Assembly: GCF_947568905.1 (NCBI RefSeq)
Contig: NC_079170.1
Coordinates: 36,208,001 to 36,272,000, forward strand
Source: Ostrea edulis
Lineage: Eukaryota
Reading direction: 5' to 3'
Length of the DNA stretch: 64,000 bases
The notes beneath the pieces are model-generated. The model saw only the letters and a list, made by a program, of their open reading frames with translations. It ran no database searches and was not told the origin of the DNA. Shown here piece after piece: positions 21,279 to 32,623 of this stretch. Every line of letters begins with the position of its first letter. Within the stretch, counting starts at the first letter, position 1. Both the position numbers and the translations under genes were made by a program.

Positions 21279-23788
21279 ATGTATCTCTTCAACGGAATTG
21301 CTGTTCTCTTCTTTCACGTTTTTCTAACAGATGGACCATTTGCTTTTGTCTGCAATGATTTGGAATTGATATGCGAAACGTCTTTAGAAATATACACTTC
21401 GATGACGATGTTTCATAAAACAGAAAAAGCAGTCTTTCCAAGAGATGGTCACTTGTACCGCTATGACGTCATTAACACAAGCTCTGCTACACCGGTAAAT
21501 AGTGATGAAGTAATTACAGCAGACGGCTGGGAAATGCAAAGAGTCGTCATCGTCGCTAACGGCACTCTACCAGGACCGACAATTACTGTGTACGAGGATC
21601 AAACCTTAATAGTTCATGTCAAGAATAATTTATATTCCGACACGGTGACCATTCATTGGCACGGTCTTCCACAGAGAGACACACCCTACATGGACGGGGT
21701 AGGCTTTGTGACACAGTGTCCTATTCATCCAGGACAAACTTTTACATACACTTTCAAAGCTAGACCGAGCGGTACACACTGGTATCATTCCCATGTTGGA
21801 GCACAGAGAGCAAAGGGCTTGTACGGTGCACTGATTATTAAAGAGCGCCATCCACCACACACTGTGCATGGAGTGGCTGAAGAATTTGTGATGCAGATTC
21901 AGGACTGGAATCATGACTATGATGTAGACCAAGCTTTTCTTTATTCTGATGTCGGTGTCTTCCTGAATAGAACACAATTCCAGCCCTCGGTGGCGCTGGA
22001 TGGTTCTAAATTCAGTCTTTGGTACGCCGAGTCAGCTCTAATAAATGGAAAAGGGAGGTATTACCATCCAATTACTCGAGTACATAATGAGGCCCCTCTC
22101 GACGTGTTTAACGTTGATGGAAACAAACGCTATAGATTTCGCGTTATAAACGCTGCAGCAATGTATCCATATAGAATCTCCATAGACAGTCATCCTTTGA
22201 CAGTTATTGCCACTGATGGCTATTACATAAAACCAGTAGTTGTAGAATCAGTGATTATACATCCAGGAGAGAGGTTCGACTTTGTCATTCATGCTAACGA
22301 ATCCATCGGAAACTACATGATTAGAGGACATACATTAGAGGTCAACAGACGCACTATTGCCGATGCAATTTTACGTTATAATGGAGCAGATCAGGCTTAT
22401 AAAAACATATCGTCAACTGAAGCGCAATGTCTTACATCGAACAAGTGCTTGGTGTTAAATTGCCCATTTTCCTTTTATCCGAAAGAGCAGAATATTCAGT
22501 GTATAACAATAGATAATATCAAAAGCTATGCTTCTGATGGCGTGCCAGAAGTTAAACCAGAAGCCTTTCATGAACACTTCCTTAACTTTGCTTTTCCAGG
22601 ACCAGATTTATTCCCCGACACAGTTAATGGTATAGGGTTTAAGTTTCCGACTGTATCAGCAATATCTCAGCCTAACGAAGTTACAGAACAATGCTCAAAT
22701 GCTGACTGTGGGGAGGAAAATATATGCATTTGTACCCACAGTATCGACTTGAACCACAAAGACACCATTCAATTTGTGTTTTTGAACATGGGAAAAGGAA
22801 AAAGTTGGTCTCATCCAATTCATATGCATGGTCATTCTTTCCAGGTTCTGAAAATGGGATATGGTAACTACAACATTTCATCTGGAGAATTCGTTTCACA
22901 AAATTTAGACATAGACTGTGGTGGGGGAACCACCCAAGATCAGAGTTTTTGCAATAACGCCACGTGGAGTGACCAATCATGGAGAAATGGAAACATACCT
23001 GGTCTTAATTTGGTGGATCCTCCACACAAAGACACGGTTATCGTCCCTAGCGGTGGCTACGTGGTGGTGAGAATCAAGGCCGATAATCCAGGATTGTGGA
23101 TGATACATTGTCACGTTCAGCTTCATTCGGTGGACGGAATGAGTTTACTTCTGAACGAATCTTTTCCTCACTTACCGGCTGTCCCTGAAGGTTTCTCTAT
23201 TTGTAGAAACTTTGGAAATTATGGTAATGTAAAATTCTCTTGATCTTTTAAATGGAAGTTTTTATACAATAATCCTCATCATTAGAATGGGAATGCTAAT
23301 TTAAATCGTTTGCAATATTAGGTAACCCGAATTCTTGGTTCAAATGTGCTATGGGATGAACAATGATTTCTGCTTGTTCATGCAACTTCAACTGACCACC
23401 TTTCTGCCTTTGTCATTATGTCAACTGTATGCAAAGAACCCATGAACAAAGTTTTTGCACAGACGGAGAAAATGATAATTGTCACATACATAATAACAAA
23501 AGAACAAAAGGTGGTCAGTTGAAGTTGTTTGAATAATATCAATCCCATAGCTACTATTACTGATACCACTAATACTTTTACTTCTCTAACTACTAGTGAT
23601 GATAAAAATAACGAATTTGATTTCATGAAGGTGTCTTTTATTTGATTGTAGGACCCCGGATTCCACCAGTATTGGACGCTGACAAAGACTCCAAAAATAG
23701 CATGGCCTCCCTCTCAGTTTCACTTTGTTTCTGTGTTTTACTTTCATTAGTAACTTACTTCTATCTAGAAATTCAGATATACTTGTAA
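21279..23788 (+). CDS. Laccase-type multicopper oxidase, paralogue B copy 1 (coding exons 21279-23223 and 23652-23788)
   Basis: Signal peptide. Motifs HWHG, GTHWYHSH, HPIHMHGH and HCHVQLHSVDGM. TTTCAG|ATG. Phase-1 donor G|GTAATG at 23223/23224; acceptor TTGTAG|GA at 23651/23652 gives GPRIPPVLDADKDSKNSMASLSVSLCFCVLLSLVTYFYLEIQIYL*. Confidence 0.93.
23383..23527. repeat. 21-bp perfect inverted repeat with a 103-bp spacer in the lacB intron
   Basis: CAACTTCAACTGACCACCTTT (23383-23403) and AAAGGTGGTCAGTTGAAGTTG (23507-23527); duplicate at 52394-52538. Confidence 0.85.
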
Positions 23789-24591
23789 CTAAAACTCCAA
23801 CAAAATAGTGTTTATATCATGAATGGATGAATGTTGTTAATTTGTATCGGTTACTTTTTTAGTTTGTGGAAATCCTTTCTTCCATGTATTTCGTCCTGTG
23901 TTATCCATTATCAGTCTACGGTGTAAAAAAAAAAAAACATATATAGGTCCTTATATCTTTAAACCGGTTTTTTTCCTTATTGTCGGACACAACAAAGGTG
24001 CAAATTGGAGACAAGGTATCTTTAAAGATTCTCAGTTTCAAGTTAACATCAAAGTGTATAAATGTGGAGTCACGGACTGTATTTCAGTGATTTCATTTAC
24101 ACTACTGGTAATTTTGAAAACAAAAATTATGCCATGCTTATGTTTATTTAATGATGGACGCAATATTAGGATATACCCCCTACAACCACAGACTTATTAT
24201 ATCTCATACTATATTAGATATCTGAACACCTATTTAAGTTTACCTGTTGGTGTCTTTTTCTTGTTTCATTTCTGTATACTATACAAGGTGTGCCCCCTGG
24301 TAAAACGGTTTGATAATGAAATTGTATCATCCCTACTACGTCTTCCAATGTCAAATACGTAGACACCCATCTAAAGATATAGAACAGAGACGAGAGAGCC
24401 AGGCAAGTTAAAACAGAAAGTTCGTTGCATGGAGTATTTCGTTTCATTAATTCATTTAAATCCGAGTGCGGGTAATGACCTTTCTGGTGAGATTTTGACG
24501 GTTCGCTCACGGTAGGAGGCGATAACGATTAGTTAATTACATTACTGAATTCATAGATCTGGTGTCTTGCAACAAAGTGCAAACAAGGACG

Positions 24592-24686
24592 TTGGTATGT
24601 CCAGGGGCCCGTGTTTGTCTAACTCTGAATTTTCTATTCCTTACAGGAGTTACGAGATTGCTCAATGTTCGTTATATTCACCTTTT
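24592..24686 (+). mobile_element. Penelope-like element 3' module, short copy
   Basis: GTCCAGGGGCCCGTGTTTG..GAGATTGCTCAATGTTCGTTATATTCACCTT; duplicate at ~53608-53702. Confidence 0.75.
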
Positions 24687-25704
24687 GTTTATTAGCTTGA
24701 TTTTTTTTACACATACATGATCATGCGGTGTAAAATGTTTTGAGAAAAAAATATATGTTGTTACATGTACGTAATATCGCTATGTAAATACATGTCGGAC
24801 CATCTTTTCATTCATTGGGTTGCACTTTTACAAGCAAATCAATTGATCATTTGTTTATATTTTGAAGTTCATGTTGTTCGATTACAAACATTCTGATGAA
24901 TTTCGAGATGATAAGGTTGTCCTTATCAAACAATTCGTCATCGTTAATCATCCATTTGAGTTTGAATAGAATCAGCAGTATAAAGTATGCATAAGTTTTG
25001 AAAGAGTAAACGAGAAGTTGAAGCTTAAATCTACAAATCAATCAGTTTATTTTTCACGAAGTCTGCAATGAATTAATTCAAAAGAGGTGCGGTTACACCA
25101 ATCGGATAAAATGCACAATGATGTGTGTTTACTTCTTTGTGTGCCTGTGTCTGCATTAAAACAAATCTAATTTTGTGAGAATAACCAACAATTGCTATCT
25201 GATTTTAAAGCAATATAATTTGGTAGTAGTAATATACGAAGCAAACAAATCTATAGAAAAGACGTTTTAAACTCACTGTTAAATTGATTAATGCATGCCT
25301 TAAACAAACAGATTTGGGAAATATTTGATGCAACCAAAACACTAGAAATTTGTAATTAGATCTTATGTAAAAGTACTTTTTTACAAAAGAGCTTGAAAAC
25401 CCAGAATGATCCGTTTAAAAAATACAGCTGGTATTTCGTGGATTGTCGAATGTCATTTTGTACTCATGCTTAGTTCTGGAAATTATCTGTAGCATACCGT
25501 ATATCAAGAGATTTGTGCAAAATTTATTCCAAATAAATAACGAAATCGATCAAACGTAAAAACAGAAACGCAAGGGATTTTTGCATGTATGTTATTGAAT
25601 TTGGGAAATATCTCAAAATGAGTTATGTCCTTTGCGATATACATGTAACTATGTCCATAATTTTATGTGATTATATCAAGCTTTCATGAAAAATTTGAAA
25701 AATC

Positions 25705-25862
25705 GAACACAAAAAGTAATCAATCTTATAATCCTATAAAGAATACAACATTTGATATGGAATGTGGCGAACACGAACTCCTGGAAACACCAGAGGTGAG
25801 ACTAGGGATTTAGGAGGAGTCAGTATTCCCCAATAACTGGTTGGACCCTATATCTTGATCAT
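25705..25862 (-). mobile_element. Penelope-like element 3' module, degenerate
   Basis: ..GAACACGAACTCCTGGAAACACCAGAGGTGAGACTAGG..AGGAGGAGTCAGTATTCCCC..CCCTATATCTTGATC; duplicate at ~54721-54878. Confidence 0.65.
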
Positions 25863-27065
25863 GTTTTCATTTCAGAAATATTTCGCATTATGGTAATCCC
25901 ATACACTAACTTTCCCCTAAGACAAAATATTCTTGTTGGCAAATTTTAGAATAGGAAACACATATAAAGAAGATCTTGTGAGATTTTGTTAGAATTCTGA
26001 TGTTTATTGTTAGAAGGTTTAAGTTTATTTCCCCTGTAGGTGATTTGTTTTCCATCCGGATTTCTTAGAATTTTTTTTAATTCTCATAGGAATTTATTAA
26101 ATGTTTATTTTCTAATACCTTAATTTTTTTTTAAAGATTTTTTCTAATGGTGTATTTCAAAGTCACCTGCGTAAAAGATAATTTTTGAAATGTGTACATG
26201 ATACTCTATTTGCGGACATCATTGAATCTTTAAAAAGTAAAAGAATGGTACGCGAATGTGGTGACACTTGGAAATTAACATATTTATCCACAGAACATAT
26301 TAATAGTATATAATTGTCTGAATATGTAAGACTATTCATCGAAATTCAGTACACAATGCTGAATCTTGTGTAACCTGTGAATTGTTTTTTTTATTTTTAT
26401 ACAGTAGCGCCGAGTTGAAATAATTCAAAAAAGCATAGGTACTGATAAGATTTGCTCGAGAGCTGACTCGACACTTTGTGAAGTACACGTGCACTTTTAT
26501 TGAAGATCGGGGGTCTCTTCGCTAGGATTTAATTCGTTCAATTACATGTAGATAGTTGTTAGTCGCTACAAGTTATTGATATGTGTTCAACATGCGCTAA
26601 ACTTTTCTACTGCAATGATGTCCACGACTAAACATATTCTGTGTCCTACTGACCGAGACTTCTTCCATTGTTTTTATTTCAAATGTTTGCTGCAACATAA
26701 CTGCTCACTGTGATACTTGAATTATTACAGGAAAAGATGTATAAGAGAGCATCCGGTACATGAAATCAAATAGAAATGGAAATAGATACTTTGACATTTT
26801 ATACATGCACTATTCCAACAGTGTGTGTAACATGAAGCGGAGAAATATGAAATCACAATATAGTGCCCCATTCATTAGCAACATGACATTATTTCTCTAT
26901 AATTCCAATGTTATTTATTACAATTGTTTTGATTGGACAAAGATAAATCTAAACGAGAATTTACACATCGATAAATCCAAAAACGCAACAACATAGTGCG
27001 GGGAAAGTATTCAAATTATTGAAGTTGATAATGCAGGGAACGAATTGGAATTATAAGAATCAAAC

Positions 27066-27204
27066 ATTCTTTTTGAAGAATTTATCGATGTGTAAACTCT
27101 GGACATTTTACTCACAAACTTAACATAAAAGTGCTTCGCACTTTTATTCAGTTTGTGAGTAAAATGTCCAGAGTTTACACATCGATAAATTCTTCAAAAA
27201 GAAT
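27066..27204. repeat. 139-bp near-perfect palindrome (long hairpin)
   Basis: 54-bp perfect outer arms, a small internal bulge, a 10-bp inner stem ATAAAAGTGC/GCACTTTTAT and a TTC loop. Confidence 0.93.
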
Positions 27205-28371
27205 ATTTAATCCTATAATATAAAACAAGTCACTAAATTTAATCCCAAAAATCATCATGGATATACAGCAGTTGAGTATTTGTTGAGTGGTTGACATCAC
27301 ACGGTTAATTGTTATGACAGAGTTACGTCTGCTGCTCGTCTTGTGATCGTGAGTTGAACTAAGTGAAAATAAACGGTCATCCAGCGACACCAAATTATGT
27401 GAATCAGACATTTATTTTTAAGATCTTAGCAAACAATTCTTGCACGGGTTCTACATCTAGGTACACGTGTACCTACACCCTGACAGACACCCATGTACAC
27501 TCAGTATTTACTATATTCGGATAGACTCTTATAGAATCCAGTGAGTGTATTTACACCCGGATTTGTATCACATTTACGTATGCTGATCAGTACCAGCAGT
27601 ATTGTGAACTTATCTTGTTTGTTATGTTTATAAAAAGAAATGCTTCATTATCTGCCTTTCATAATGGCAAGAACAACCCACAACTCATTACAATTCACGG
27701 TGTTTAACAGAACGCGAAATAAATTACAGATATCAGTGATAAACACTTACGAAACATTTAATTCATTTATCATGACAAACATTTTCACTTATTTTCCATC
27801 AACTAGATACCTGTCTTATCTACAAGGTCAGTGAATTTTTTTTAAACGATTAGAACTCAGTACACTTGCACTTACGTTGAAAATGAAACATATGTCTTAC
27901 TTTCTTTTCTATTACATGAGTGGATGTGCTAAATGCGTGGATCCGTATTGTTATTGCAATGTTATAATTCATTGTAAGATTGAAAATAATAGTGATATAC
28001 AAAACATTATTATTCTATTTCTGAAGTATTGTGTCTATACTGCAAGATGCACTAAGAAACCTTTAAACTTGCCCGCAGCAATATCACAAATGAAATTATT
28101 TTATGAAACACACAAATATATAGCATATAAGAATGGTGAAAAGAAAAATTTTTATACTCAATGGAATAGATGGAACTTAATATTTACTTAAAACATGCCT
28201 CTCTCTTTTTCTTTCTTTCTCACTATCTCTCTCCATGAACATAATGATAATTACATATGACTTGGTGTATTCATGTACTTTCTTATGTGTACAAAAACCA
28301 ACAATAATAATAATAAAAAAAAATTTAAAAAAGATTGAAATAAGTTCTATGTGTGAGTAGAATAATGGAAT

Positions 28372-28689
28372 AATGTAAAACTTATACGGTACCAATTTTG
28401 ATGCACCAGATGCGCATTTCAACAAATAATGTCTCTTCAGTGATGCTCAACCGAAATGTTTGAAATCCGAAATAACTATGAAGTTTTAGATCTAAATATA
28501 ACCAAAAACAGCGTGCCAAACAAGTGGAGCCAAATTCGTCCAAGGATAAGAGCTATGCATGAGGGAGATAATCCTTAATTTTGAAATGAATTTCTAAATT
28601 TTATAAGAGCAATTAAATATACATCCGTATTTTCAAGCTAGTAACGAAGTACTTAGCTACTGGGCTGTAGAGACCCTCGGGGACTAACA
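28372..28689 (-). mobile_element. Hammerhead-bearing Penelope-like repeat, inverted single copy
   Basis: Reverse complement of the 18209-18555 unit; duplicate at 57390-57707. Confidence 0.75.
28403..28446 (-). ncRNA. Minimal type I hammerhead ribozyme (stem II variant GAC/GUU)
   Basis: Minus strand reads GCAUCA CUGAAGA GAC AUUAUUU GUU GAAA UGCGCA UC UGGUGC. Confidence 0.72.
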
Positions 28690-28886
28690 CCACTGCCTGT
28701 CCATCACATAAGTTAATTATTTTACTCCCTCATTTACAATGACTTCTTGAAGGTATAGTAATACGTTGTGTAGGATATAACCAGTGACGTTGAACACATG
28801 TTTATTTGCTTTCTCATAATATTTCCAATGGAAGAACGAAGCGATTACAAACTGCTTTTATCAATGTACCTCATCTACAAAACATT

Positions 28887-29136
28887 CCCGTGGGGATCCG
28901 GGTTAGAATAGGTCCTCAGTACACCTTGCTTATCGTAAGAGGCGACTAAATGGGGCGGTCCTTCGGATGAGACCGCAAAAAACCAAGGCCCCGTGTCACA
29001 GCAGGTGTGACACGATAAAGATCCTTCTCTGCTCAAAGGTCATAAGCGGCGAGCATAGGCCTAAAGTTTACAGTCCTTCACCGGCAATAGTGATGTCTCC
29101 ATATGAGTGAACTATTCTCAAGAGAGACGTAAAACA
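28887..29136 (+). mobile_element. SINE-like repeat with a V-domain-like core
   Basis: Homologous to 16036-16285; duplicate at 57905-58154. Confidence 0.7.
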
Positions 29137-29894
29137 GTCTACAAAACGTTTGTTGCTGTCTGTATAAGTAACCATACAATCACATCGGAGAAAGAAAATG
29201 TTTATTCTCTTTTTCGGATACCTCGGCAGCTTTAAGCGAAATGCCACGAATTTTAACATCATGCTAATCTTCCTTCTATTGTTGAATAATTGGCGAAGAA
29301 ACTTACTCTACTTATTGTAAAGTATAAGTAAAAACGCGAACAGAAACCGTGAAAATATTTGTATTACTGCATTTACATTCACTCTAAATTTTACAAAATG
29401 TGAAACACCGAAATAAAAACAATCACCTGATCAACACTTGCGCGTTTCTGTACTTTTATGATCAACATGTGAAACACCGAAATCTTTTTTCACGTACACG
29501 GCTTAAGTGTGAACCCGATGTTCTAAATATTTGGAGTTTCCCTGTACTGTAAAAAATCTGCTGTTTGATCGACTTTCCACGCTTAGTAACCTAAACATTT
29601 TATCAGTTCAAATCCACTATCAATAAATGGAATTACATAAGATATGCCAAGTGATCCTAATCCGTTCCTAAGATGTGTTACCCCGTAGTTGCAAAGTAGG
29701 ATATCAATGTTAATTTAAGAAATAAAAAACTTTTAGAAATAATGTTCAAATACTATAAAATATTCAAGTTTTATCACTACCTAAAAACAAGTTATGAATT
29801 TTAACTAGTATAATACTGGATATCACAACTACAACTTGAAACTCTTCAGATAAAGAAGTGACGAAAAGTGTATACATCTTAGTAATGGCTAAAG

Positions 29895-30590
29895 ACGATG
29901 GTTCATTTCTGATACAAAACTAACTGCCTGATTTGCAGATTATATTTTAGAATGTTACAAGCGACCACAAAACAAACCCCTAGGTTAAATTGCTGATACA
30001 TGGTTGCGGAAGGCGACTCGGAATGATTCACATGATTCCTCTACAGTATGCGTTAGATTTTCCTGAGTCATTGCCGCATAATAACCGACCGCTATGTAAT
30101 GATATTGCAAATAATCATAGTTTGTGCATCAACCTCTAGGCACATGAGGAATTTGAGAGTTTGGCTCACGACACAACCATAGCAGACCATTTAAGTGTCA
30201 ATTAAACTTGTAACAGGATTTGTAAGAATTATTGACCTAAATTGAGAAATGATAATTCTGAATTATACAAGTCTTGTCATGTTTGTCAGATTATAGGTAC
30301 ATGTAAACCTAATCAGAAAATTACATTTGCCCCTCTCCAATGTATTTTAGCTTTAGAAGGACCTTTCAGATTATAGGTACATGTAAACCTAATAAGAAAA
30401 TTACATTTGCCCCTCTCCAATGTATTTTAGCTTTTGAAGGACCTTTTAGTCAAGTCTTTGTGGACCTTTTTATGACCTTTGCCGAAAATTAGGTTCAGTA
30501 ACCAATATTTACTTAGTAACATATGCATGCCTTGTCGCTTCCCTCAACCTATACCTTTTATAAACATTAAGACAGAGACCATCGTTAAAA
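29895..30590 (+). mobile_element. Gypsy LTR-retrotransposon integrase remnant with an internal 80-bp tandem duplication
   Basis: LAHDTTIADHLSVN*TCNRI..PKLRND..YKSCHVCQIIG..KPNQKITFAPL..EGPFSQVFVD..PLPKIRFSNQYLLSNIC..RFPQPIPFINIKTETIVK: HHCC zinc finger plus start of the rve core. The 80-bp unit is repeated at ~30286/30366. Confidence 0.85.
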
Positions 30591-30987
30591 ACCCAATTTT
30601 CAGTTACCGCTCCATCAGTTTACCTGTGTCAGGATCAATGTCCATCCCCCTATCAATCAAACTTTCAGCAATAGAGCTAAATTTGATTGGCAGGCAAAAA
30701 GATCATGAATCAGCGAGGGATACCTGTGTTTGGACAATAGTTGCATGCCCACTATCGCCTTTTCCATTAGCTTGATTAACTAATGAATCAATGCTGAGAT
30801 AAATTATTTCAATTTCAAGTCCATAATTATGAATAATTGATGTCAATATTAGAAAAAATTAGGGTTAAGGTAAGGAATTCTAATAAAGTAAAACTCCGTA
30901 ATCTCCCGATTAAAATCTGAGATCACAAAACACTTTAATCGTACAATGTCCTGTAACTGTAACGATCACACAACGTTCTGGTATAAA

Positions 30988-31341
30988 AAGGTGAAGATAA
31001 CGAACAGTAATCAATCTCATAATTCCTATGAAGAATAAAAAACTAAAGGTAGGGCAAACACGGACTCCCGGACATTTCAAAGGTGAGATTAGGTGCCTAG
31101 GAGTAATCATCCCCTGTCGACCGGTAACACCCGCCATGGACCCTATATTTCGATTGGGTAAACGGAGAAATGAAAAGGTGAAGATAACGAACAGTGAGCA
31201 ATCTCATATGAATAATCCAAATTTAAAAGTAGGACAAAGACGAACGCCAGGATATACCAGAGGTGAGATCAGGTGCCTAGGAGAAGTAAGCATCCCTTGC
31301 CGACCGGTCACATCCACCGTGAGTCCTATATCTTGATCAGG
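30988..31341 (-). mobile_element. Two tandem Penelope-like 3' modules
   Basis: AAAGGTGAAGATAACGAACAGT begins at ~30988 and again at ~31173; duplicate at ~60006-60359. Confidence 0.8.
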
Positions 31342-32623
31342 CATTCAAATTATGAGCACTATATAATCAGATGTCTTCGTTTCACAATATGATGGGAAAA
31401 GATGCATTCACAAGTATTCTTTTATATTTGTAGACGAGCATTGCACGGTAGACACTATGGACGAGTTCATTGCTGATTAGAGGGATTGAAGGTAGACGCA
31501 TATTCTTGATACAATGCATCCCCGAGTCTCTGCATATAGTAAATAAATGATCAATGAATACATGTATAAGAATTACCTTTACCTTGCTCTACACATTAGG
31601 GGAGAAAGGGTTATGGAAGATTTCAATCGAAAGCGAATGCTGATCTGAGAGTTATTTTGTATCCTGCAGACTATAAAGTCGTAAAGCTACATTGAACCAT
31701 TAAACTTAACAAATAATAAATGAAAATCTCAGAGATGACAATTTGGAGTCACTGATAGAGGTAAAATGCGTGATTTCATCGAGAGGTTGAAGGGTGACCA
31801 TTTGCTGTTATTTAGTATCTTTTTATTTGTAGACAGAACATAGAATAGCTGCGCTGGTTTTTTTTTTATCTGCAGGAATTGTTGAAAAGGTAGATTTCGA
31901 CTGGAATTCTTCGATGATTAGTTTGTTGTTGTACCTTTGATCTCTTCCTCATGGTCAGACTGGGTTTTGATCTATTATTGTTAAACACTAACTGGATCTG
32001 AAATAGAAAAATATTATCATAGCAAAATCATGATCATATATTGCTATAATTGTTTCATTTTGTCTTTCATGCATATCCTAAGAAACAATTTTGCATATTC
32101 ACGATCATTGTGCTTTTCGATTGGTATACATAAATCATAAATTGTAATTAAAATATCAAATTTGACAGGGTATAACACCCGGATTCGATATATTTTGGCG
32201 ACCAAAACGTGATTTCAGTCCGAGTTGGTGATGTCTAAAAAAAACCAACGAATTTATGATTTGAGAAGGTTAAATTCCGTGAACCGATATACCGCACTTG
32301 TAAAACCAACTAAATTAATACAAGTTTATTCACAAAACATGTCAAATAGCTAATTTAGATATTGTAATATCATCTTATAATATCAAAGAAATAAACGTTT
32401 ATTTTTAAAACATTTCATACACATAAAATTAGCAACATCCAATCCCCGATATGTCCAACAACACGGACTAAAACACCATGGGCAATAGACATCTGAGTAC
32501 AGAAAATACCATACAGTATAATACAGTGACGTGTATAAAACAACATAAAACATAGCATGGCTGCTCTACTATACTCAGGACAGAATCAATAGAATTCCAT
32601 CCATGTTTTCTACCAAATATACT

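Noticed and set aside
23378-23626. 82-aa hydrophobic ORF on the minus strand (duplicate 52389-52637)
   Set aside because: It lies within the lacB intron, its hydrophobicity follows from the A/C-rich plus strand, and it has no recognisable motif.
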